Source: an uncultured Clostridia bacterium (GTDB taxonomy: Bacteria; Bacillota; Clostridia; TANB77; CAG-508). From it: a DNA stretch of 32,000 nt. The position numbers and the translations under genes were made by a program. The DNA is taken from contig CAKOYB010000003.1 of NCBI GenBank assembly GCA_934130435.1, positions 37,994 through 69,993 on the forward strand. The letters are read 5' to 3'. A model generated the notes under the pieces. The model was not told where the DNA came from, did no database searches, and saw only the letters and a program-made list of their open reading frames with translations. Shown here piece by piece: positions 25,919-32,000 of this stretch (its first letter is position 1; every line of letters begins with the position of its first letter).

Positions 25919-27100
25919 TTATTTTTCCTCCTTTTCTATGAATTCTTCCCACAAAGGTGACATCTCTCTTAATTTATTAACTATTTCTACCAAGTTATCT
26001 ATTAAGTAATCTACTTCTTCCTTAGTATTGTATTTTCCTATTGATATTCTTAGTGATCCATGTGCTATTTCGTGTGGTAAGCCTATTGCTAATAATACAT
26101 GTGATGGATCAAGTGATCCTGATGTACATGCACTACCACTTGATGCACAAATTCCTTTTAAATCTAAATTTAATAGCAATCCTTCTCCTTCAATGAATCT
26201 AAATGAAATATTACTATTTCCTGGAAGTCTGTTATCCATATCTCCATTTATTTTTATGTATGGTATTCTTTCTTTTACTTGTTCTACATAGTAATCTCTT
26301 AATTCTTTTATTTGTTTATTATGTTCATCTAGATTTTGATAAGCAAGATCCATAGCTTTTCCTATTCCAACTATTCCTGCGACATTTTCTGTCCCTGCTC
26401 TTTTGTTTCTTTCTTGATGTCCACCAGAAATAAGTTTTTCAAATTGCACTCCTGATTTTACATATAATGCTCCTATTCCTTTTGGTCCATAAAACTTGTG
26501 TCCTGATAAAGATAAGCTATCAATATTTAATTTTTGTACATCTATTCTTATATTCCCGATAGCTTGTACTGCATCTGTATGAAAATATATGTTATTTTCT
26601 TTTGCAATTTTTCCTATTTCTTCTATTGGTTGTATTGTACCTATTTCATTATTTGCAAACATTATTGATATTAGAATAGTTGATGGTCTTATTTCTTTTT
26701 TTAATTCCTCTAGGTCAATTATCCCTTTTTCATTTACTGAAATGTAGCTTACTTCAAAGCCTTCCTTTTCTAGTTGTCTGCATGTCTCTAGAACAGCAGG
26801 ATGTTCTATTTTTGAAGTTATTATATGATTTCCTTTTTTCGTATTTGCTTTTGCAATTCCTTTTATAGCTGTATTATCGCTTTCACTTCCTCCTGCTGTG
26901 AAATAAATTTCATTAGGCTTACAATTTAATATTCTAGCAATTTTTTCTCTTGATTCTTCAACCACTTTTCTTGACTCTCTGCCTAATTTATATATTGATG
27001 ATGCATTTCCGTAGTTATCTTTTAAATAAGGTAACATTTCATTGAATACTTCATCATCTAGTTTGGTTGTTGCTGCGTTATCAAAATATATACTTTTCAT
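25919..27100 (-). CDS. nifS: cysteine desulfurase (NifS/IscS class)
   Basis: 393 aa. The PLP lysine motif is SLSGHKFYGPKG and the active-site loop is SSGSACTSG. Confidence 0.9.
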   Translation of the reverse strand: MKSIYFDNAATTKLDDEVFNEMLPYLKDNYGNASSIYKLGRESRKVVEESREKIARILNCKPNEIYFTAGGSESDNTAIKGIAKANTKKGNHIITSKIEHPAVLETCRQLEKEGFEVSYISVNEKGIIDLEELKKEIRPSTILISIMFANNEIGTIQPIEEIGKIAKENNIYFHTDAVQAIGNIRIDVQKLNIDSLSLSGHKFYGPKGIGALYVKSGVQFEKLISGGHQERNKRAGTENVAGIVGIGKAMDLAYQNLDEHNKQIKELRDYYVEQVKERIPYIKINGDMDNRLPGNSNISFRFIEGEGLLLNLDLKGICASSGSACTSGSLDPSHVLLAIGLPHEIAHGSLRISIGKYNTKEEVDYLIDNLVEIVNKLREMSPLWEEFIEKEEK

Positions 27101-27124
27101 ATTTTTCTCCTTCTCATACTAATA

Positions 27125-27161
27125 TAGTAGGAATTATACAACGGTTTTCCTACTATGTCAA
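27125..27161 (-). promoter_or_regulatory. consensus sigma-A promoter of nifS-iscU overlapped by an inverted repeat (candidate IscR operator)
   Basis: On the minus strand: TTGACA (27156-27161), 17 nt, then TATAAT (27133-27138). The inverted repeat TAGTAGGAA (27125-27133) / TTCCTACTA (27147-27155) spans the spacer and the -10 element. Confidence 0.6.
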
Positions 27162-27205
27162 TAGGAATTAAAAATAAAATAATAGAAGTCATATTTTGAC
27201 TCCTA

Positions 27206-27604
27206 TTATTTTAATAAATCTTCTAGAGTTTTGCTATCTATATATTCGTTGATTACATTATCTAGCCCCTTCCAAAATGAATATGTTTTACAATTTTTTT
27301 GCCTATTACATTCTCCTTGTTCAGTTAAGCAATATATTGGGGCTAAGTCTCCTTCAGTTGCTCTTAATATGTCTCCCACTTTATAATCTCTTGGCTGCTT
27401 AGACAATTTGTAACCACCCGTATTTCCTCTTGCGGTTTTTAAGTAACCTGCCTTATTTAGCAATGCTATTATCTGTTCTAAGTATTTATTTGAAATCTCC
27501 TGCCTTTTTGCAATATCTTTTAAAGATGTATACTTCTCATTACTATTTTGTGCTAGGTCTATCATTACTCGTAATGCATATCTGCCTTTTGTAGATATTT
27601 TCAT
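27206..27604 (-). CDS. iscR: Rrf2-family transcriptional regulator (IscR-like)
   Basis: I take the start as the ATG at 27604, with GGAGG at 27613-27617. The product begins MKISTKGRYALRVMIDLA, the Rrf2 helix-turn-helix. Three Cys (C..C....C in YCLTEQGECNRQKNC) are compatible with Fe-S ligation. It lies directly upstream of nifS-iscU. Confidence 0.85.
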   Translation of the reverse strand: MKISTKGRYALRVMIDLAQNSNEKYTSLKDIAKRQEISNKYLEQIIALLNKAGYLKTARGNTGGYKLSKQPRDYKVGDILRATEGDLAPIYCLTEQGECNRQKNCKTYSFWKGLDNVINEYIDSKTLEDLLK

Positions 27605-27625
27605 ATTTATTTCCTCCATTTAGTT

Positions 27626-27655
27626 ATTATACTACTAATCAAGTAGGATTTTCAA
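27626..27655 (-). promoter_or_regulatory. candidate promoter of iscR with an embedded CCTACT/AGTAG inverted repeat
   Basis: On the minus strand: TTGAAA (27650-27655), 18 nt, then TATAAT (27626-27631). The spacer contains CCTACT-TGATT-AGTAG, which shares the CCTACT/AGTAGG half-site with the nifS promoter repeat. Confidence 0.5.
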
Positions 27656-27702
27656 GTTATATTCGTTATCTTTATCTTAACTTTGTCTTGTAAAATTTTA
27701 TA

Positions 27703-28155
27703 CTATTTAATTAGTTCATCACTATCCATAATAATCGTAACAGGTCCATCATTGATTAAATTTACCTTCATATCTGCTCTAAAAATTCCTGTTTGTATTT
27801 CTAAATTTTCTTCCTTGCATTTACTAATCACATATTCATATAAATTATTAGCATATTCAGGTTTTGCTGCATTAATAAAATCTGGTCTATTACATCCTTT
27901 GCAATTAGCATATAATGTAAATTGAGGTATTAATAAAATTTTTCCTCTGATATCATTTATAGACAAATTCATTTTTCCTTGTTCGTCATCAAATATTCTA
28001 AGCTTAGATATTTTTTTTACCATAAAATCTGCTATTTCTTTAGTATCGCTTTGTTTTATACCTATTAAAATCATAAAACCATTATCTATTTCTCCCACTA
28101 TTTTATTATCCACTTTAACATTTGCTTTACTCACTCTCTGAATTACTAATTTCAT
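27703..28155 (-). CDS. dtd: D-aminoacyl-tRNA deacylase
   Basis: I take the start as the ATG at 28155, with GGAGG 9 nt upstream. The product begins MKLVIQRVSKANVKV and contains ...SQFTLYA...GNRP-like CNRPDF...VNLINDGPVTI, typical of Dtd. About 150 aa. Confidence 0.9.
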   Translation of the reverse strand: MKLVIQRVSKANVKVDNKIVGEIDNGFMILIGIKQSDTKEIADFMVKKISKLRIFDDEQGKMNLSINDIRGKILLIPQFTLYANCKGCNRPDFINAAKPEYANNLYEYVISKCKEENLEIQTGIFRADMKVNLINDGPVTIIMDSDELIK

Positions 28156-28202
28156 TTTTTTCTTCCTCCATACACGACTTTTAGATGTTTTTTCTTTCAA
28201 AT

Positions 28203-28847
28203 TTATATCGTACTAACCACTTTTTTTACTCTTTTAATAAACTCTTCTTTATTTGATAATGCTTGTCTCAATTTTTTGATTGCTTCATCAAATTCTCTAT
28301 CTTCCAGATATATCTTTGCATACCCATTTTCACCGTATTTTTCTGTTAAATGTTCATATACTCTTTCTACTTGTTCTTCTTCAGGTAATTCTGCATAATT
28401 TTTCTTTCCATAAGAATATGTTCTTTTTATTGTATTATCTATGTCTATAATTGTTCTATCTGCAGTACTAATAATCATTCCATATATACTTCTAGGTTTA
28501 TGATTGCTTGAGGCTCTGTGATCTTCTATTGCTTCTTTTATTATGTTTGTTTTTTCATCTGTAAACCATTGTTTAACTTTCTCATCTTTCATAAAAATTT
28601 CTGCAGATATCAATTCATGTGTTTTCCTATCTATATAATGTCCTAAATCATGATATGCTGCTATTGTATAAACCATATCTAAATTAACATCATATTTTTT
28701 TGCTAGTTCTAAACTTCTTTTTATTACTGTTTTTATATGTCCTATTCCATGTCCTTCCTCATTTCTGTCATATAATGGAAATATTTCGTCTTCTATGTAT
28801 CTTACTAATTCTTTATTTATATTATTGCTTTCTATAGTTATATTCAT
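28203..28847 (-). CDS. HD-domain phosphohydrolase
   Basis: 214 aa with H...HD signatures (HGIGHIKTV, AAYHDLGHYIDR). Confidence 0.75.
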   Translation of the reverse strand: MNITIESNNINKELVRYIEDEIFPLYDRNEEGHGIGHIKTVIKRSLELAKKYDVNLDMVYTIAAYHDLGHYIDRKTHELISAEIFMKDEKVKQWFTDEKTNIIKEAIEDHRASSNHKPRSIYGMIISTADRTIIDIDNTIKRTYSYGKKNYAELPEEEQVERVYEHLTEKYGENGYAKIYLEDREFDEAIKKLRQALSNKEEFIKRVKKVVSTI

Positions 28848-28885
28848 AATTTTAAACTCTCTCCTTCTTTTTATTTATAGGATCC

Positions 28886-29530
28886 CTATGTTTCATTTTC
28901 TATTTTATTTATTATTTTAGGTAATTCATTGAAACTCTTTATCTTATATTTAACATCTGATATATTTCCAAATCCATATTCTGCAAAAATAAAAACTGTA
29001 TTTGCTTCCAAAGAAGATTTCTTATCTAATAATGTATCACCCACATATATAGCTTTTTTTACATTATTTCTTTTCATAATTTCTTTTATTGCATCGGCTT
29101 TTGATATATTTAAGGCCGAAGCAGCTATGTAATCATCTACATAATCCTTAATTTCTATTTTAGGAAGAATTGTTTCTATGTAACCATAGCCACAATTACT
29201 TGCGATTGATATTAAATATTTTTTTGATAATTCTTTTATGGTTTCTTTTACGTTAGGATAAACATTTAAGGAAGATTCGTTTATTCTTTCATATTTTAGT
29301 TCATCCGCTTCTGCTAATACTTTTTCTCTTAATTCTTTATCTAAAAAGCTCATACATCTTTCTGCAAAATTTACTCTATTCAATCCTTGACTCATTTTAA
29401 TATCTTTTAATTTAACTTTTCTATCAATCCCTTTGTTTTTTAAAATTGTATTAATACTTTCATATACAATATCAACCGTATCACATATTGTTCCATCAAC
29501 ATCAAATATTATCATTTCATACTTTTTCAT
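28886..29530 (-). CDS. HAD-superfamily hydrolase
   Basis: Motif I is IIFDVDGTICDT, and the C-terminal motif is YVGDTLLD. I prefer the start at the ATG at 29530; the track TTG at 29542 overlaps the GGAG. Confidence 0.8.
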   Translation of the reverse strand: MKKYEMIIFDVDGTICDTVDIVYESINTILKNKGIDRKVKLKDIKMSQGLNRVNFAERCMSFLDKELREKVLAEADELKYERINESSLNVYPNVKETIKELSKKYLISIASNCGYGYIETILPKIEIKDYVDDYIAASALNISKADAIKEIMKRNNVKKAIYVGDTLLDKKSSLEANTVFIFAEYGFGNISDVKYKIKSFNELPKIINKIENET

Positions 29531-29552
29531 GTATTGTATCAACTCCTAATTA

Positions 29553-29757
29553 ATTTTTAGTTAATATATGTTTCGAAATAATGAGCCATGTATTATAAAA
29601 TAATTTCCATATCTTAGATTCTTCTAAAATTATAGCTTTAAAGTATATTTTCATTTTTGTTTACTATGGTTATTTCATCTTTATCTTTTGATACCATAAA
29701 ATGAATATCTGGTTTCTCCAAAATATCAGTTTTTACATAAACATATGTACCTTTCAT
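29553..29757 (-). pseudogene. fragment of an ACT-domain (ACT_7-like) gene, frameshifted and truncated
   Basis: A short ORF from the ATG at 29757 reads MKGTYVYVKTDILEKPDIHFMVSKDKDEITIVNKNENIL*. It resembles the N-terminus of small ACT_7 proteins. Similarity continues briefly in another frame (..ESKIWKLF..) and is then lost. This is a pattern-level call only. Confidence 0.35.
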
Positions 29758-29772
29758 ATTATTATATTTATA

Positions 29773-30090
29773 TCACAGATTAAAAATTCTTCTATAATTG
29801 TCATCTATACACATATTGTCTAATTCTGCAAAAGTTTCTGTTACATAATTTATTTGTTCACAAATGCTACCTGCTAAATATCCTACTATTCTATCTTTGT
29901 CTTGTGCAACAAAAACCATTTCATCATTTATCATATATTCAAAATATTCTTTTCCTTCCTTTTGAAAAGGCCATTCTTTTTTTAATGTGTCATCAAAATT
30001 TTCATATTCTAACTCAAATAAACTATTATTTAATTCTTGAATTGAAACTAAATCTTCTATAGTTGCCTTCCTTATTATAATTTTTTCCAT
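29773..30090 (-). pseudogene. GNAT acetyltransferase, 3'-truncated
   Basis: 105 aa. It begins as a typical GNAT (IRKATIEDLVSIQELN...VFVAQDKDRIVGYLAG...AELDNMCIDDNYRR). It stops exactly where the acetyl-CoA loop (R/Q-x-x-G-x-G/A) should follow, and no frame continues it. Confidence 0.6.
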
Positions 30091-30191
30091 ATAATCACAA
30101 ATTTCCTCTTAATCTTTACTGTACATAATGTATCATAAATTCCTTAATTTTACAATTAAATTGCCAATATTTCCAAACATATTTATCCTTT

Positions 30192-30827
30192 TTACTTAAT
30201 TACCACAAAATTTCCAATAAGAATAATATCAAGAGCGAACAAGGTGAATTCATATACTCTTGATATTATTTCTATATATTGAGTAGTATTCATATTAAAT
30301 GTACTTTTGTATATCTCATCTGTTAATATTGCATAACTATCTTTTGCGCCTCTTTCTTTCCATGTATCAGTTAATTCTTTTCTGTTATCTATTGCTTTTA
30401 ATCTTTGTGCAATCCATGTATCTTCATATCCTTTTCTTATGTATGTTTCATTTGCTCTATTAATAGCAAGTTCTGGGTTTACAATTTCTTCTAGTCTTTC
30501 ACTTCCTACTTGTGCTAACCACAATTTAAATGGTTCTGCTTTTGGTGAAGGTATAGATTGTATAATTCTTAATATTCCTTTTGTATTTGATGTTCTTATC
30601 TTTCTTATTTTTCCATCTTTAGCTTTCATTTCAACTAGGGTACAAATTGTACCCCAGTTATTATTTAATTCTTTATCTCTAGCTTTCAACTTTTTTATGT
30701 ATTGTTTTACATCTACAGAGTCTGTTAAGATTTGAACAACATCTTCTACTGAAAAATACCAATCTTCATTGTACCATTTCCTTCTTATTTCTTTTTCCTC
30801 AAATAAAGCCAATTTATTTTCTTGCAT
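30192..30827 (-). pseudogene. Bro-N domain (phage antirepressor / DinD-like) gene, probably 3'-truncated
   Basis: The N-terminal 180 aa read FEEKEIRRKWYNEDWYFSVEDVVQILTDS...RIIQSIPSPKAEPFKLWLAQVGSERLEE...WIAQRL, typical of this family. After ...FNMNTTQY the sequence turns into an unrelated hydrophobic tail (IEIISRVYEFTLFALDIILIGNFVVIK*). Confidence 0.6.
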
Positions 30828-30912
30828 AATACCACTTCCTTATTTATTTTTTGATATTATATAACATTTTTTTATTATCGTCAAACATTTGTTTTTGGCT
30901 TTTATAAAAATT

Positions 30913-30940
30913 AGCAGTTACTTAAAATCAAATAACTGCT
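30913..30940 (-). terminator. stem-loop downstream of the 2H phosphoesterase gene
   Basis: AGCAGTTA (30913-30920) pairs with TAACTGCT (30933-30940) around a 12-nt loop. On the minus-strand transcript it is followed by AATTTTTAT. Confidence 0.4.
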
Positions 30941-30955
30941 TTAATTATCTATCTC

Positions 30956-31444
30956 CTATTTCTTATTATTCTTATTCAGATTAATTTTCTTTACCATATC
31001 TCCTGGATAGTCAAATAATGCTACAGTATTAAATTCTAAAAAGAAAGATTTAAAGTTTTCTTTTAGTGTCTTTTGCAAATTCAAAACTTTATTATAGTCT
31101 TTATCAATATCTAAAGTCATATGAAAATTAAAATCATCTGGATTATATTTTTCTTTTGGAAATTCTCTATAAAATATTCTTTGCAATTCCATAATTTGTT
31201 GATTTTCTTCTATTGATAAGTATAAACAATAACTATTATGTTTTACATTCATAATTTTTATATCATTTACTTTTAATTGTATTTTATCAATATTTATACT
31301 TTCTGCTATTTTTAATATTTCATCTTGATTTTCCTTATTAGTAGCAAAAATAGTAAAATGATATGGTAAATTATCTATTTCATATCTCTTTTCATCATTA
31401 ATTTCATATGGCACTTTACAAGTATTTTCTTTGATATTACTCAT
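30956..31444 (-). CDS. 2H phosphoesterase superfamily protein (LigT / cyclic phosphodiesterase-like)
   Basis: 162 aa with two H-x-T-x motifs (YHFTIF and FHMTLD) at the spacing expected for the 2H fold. Confidence 0.55.
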   Translation of the reverse strand: MSNIKENTCKVPYEINDEKRYEIDNLPYHFTIFATNKENQDEILKIAESINIDKIQLKVNDIKIMNVKHNSYCLYLSIEENQQIMELQRIFYREFPKEKYNPDDFNFHMTLDIDKDYNKVLNLQKTLKENFKSFFLEFNTVALFDYPGDMVKKINLNKNNKK

Positions 31445-31502
31445 TAATTCTTCTACTTTTTTAATTTCATTTTTTTCTATACAGCTTATTAAAGTTATTC
31501 TC

Positions 31503-32000
31503 TTACTCTTTTTGTGTTTTTTCCACCCTTCTTAAATGAATTAAATAATATGCTAGTCCTATTTGAAAAATCATAAATATTGCAGATAATCCAAACATAT
31601 ATTTAATTCCCATTTCATACATTATTCCACAGAAGAATACTCCTATTGCTTCACCTAAAAATCTTATTATATATCTTATATTAGCAAATGATAATTGATG
31701 TTCGTTTTCTACACGATTTATATACACTCCATCACATATATTCTCATATGCAGTTGAAATAAGAAGTGACCATGTTATTGCTATTAAAGTTACATTTAAG
31801 TTGTTAGATATAAAAGCAATTACATATCCCATAAATCTTATTCCAAACTTTATTGTTATTGTTAAATAATCATTTTTAGGTGTTAAATATTTAAGTGCTA
31901 ATATTCCTATTCCATCTGCAATTAACCCAACAATTAGTAAATAGTTTGTAGCAATACTGTCAGAAAATCTAAAGTAATTCGTTAGTGTTAGCATTTTCAA
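31503..32000 (-). CDS. C-terminal part of a polytopic membrane transporter (MFS-like); the 5' end lies outside the window
   Basis: 165 aa visible, with 4-5 hydrophobic helices. The apparent TTG start sits at the window edge, so it is probably not the real start. Confidence 0.5.
   Translation of the reverse strand: MKMLTLTNYFRFSDSIATNYLLIVGLIADGIGILALKYLTPKNDYLTITIKFGIRFMGYVIAFISNNLNVTLIAITWSLLISTAYENICDGVYINRVENEHQLSFANIRYIIRFLGEAIGVFFCGIMYEMGIKYMFGLSAIFMIFQIGLAYYLIHLRRVEKTQKE

Noticed and set aside
16236-28457. A simple tandem duplication of a 6111-bp unit.
   Set aside because: A tandem duplication would place a second intact PHP-zeta cassette after copy B. Instead, identity stops at 25378 and is followed by a decayed PHP relic and the isc operon.
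1-32000. A CRISPR array, rRNA or tRNA genes.
   Set aside because: I saw no short regularly spaced repeats. No GC-rich structured segments typical of stable RNAs stand out in this AT-rich sequence. The only long repeat is the 3 kb gene duplication.

Overview
This is an AT-rich window coded almost entirely on the minus strand. Its gene content points to a spore-forming anaerobic Firmicute (Clostridia-like): [FeFe]-hydrogenases, AdhE, Rex, CotF-like coat proteins and NifS/IscU. I saw no rRNA, tRNA, CRISPR array, transposase or integrase.

Left to right on the + strand the window holds:
- a WG-repeat protein (partial) and a small membrane protein
- alpha-glucan phosphorylase
- a hemolysin-III-like protein followed by a heterodimeric ABC exporter pair
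- an SH3b-CAP secreted protein
- two small CotF-like genes, the only + strand genes
- an APH-like kinase
- a long redox/H2 operon: rex, [2Fe-2S] ferredoxin, sensory [FeFe]-hydrogenase HydS, PP2C phosphatase, catalytic-type [FeFe]-hydrogenase and adhE
- a cassette of small protein, zeta-toxin-like kinase and PHP phosphoesterase
- a 5'-truncated FtsX permease fragment
- a second copy of rex-fd-hydS
- iscR-nifS-iscU, dtd, an HD hydrolase and a HAD hydrolase
- a zone of gene remnants (ACT', GNAT', Bro-N'), a 2H phosphoesterase and a partial membrane transporter

Main observations:
1. A ~3.03 kb near-perfect direct repeat (16236-19267 = 22347-25378, offset 6111 bp, only 2 mismatches seen) brackets the zeta/PHP cassette. 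Its boundaries look like homologous (Campbell-type) integration rather than simple tandem duplication. This includes a decayed relic of the PHP gene 3' end next to copy 2.
2. The sensory module carries three lesions. Both rex copies have an in-frame TAA that cuts off a still-recognisable Rex C-terminal helix. The PP2C phosphatase has two +1 frameshifts.
3. The antitoxin-like, zeta-kinase and PHP-phosphoesterase operon has its own consensus-like promoter. It is a candidate three-component kinase/phosphatase toxin or defence module that I do not recognise as a described system.
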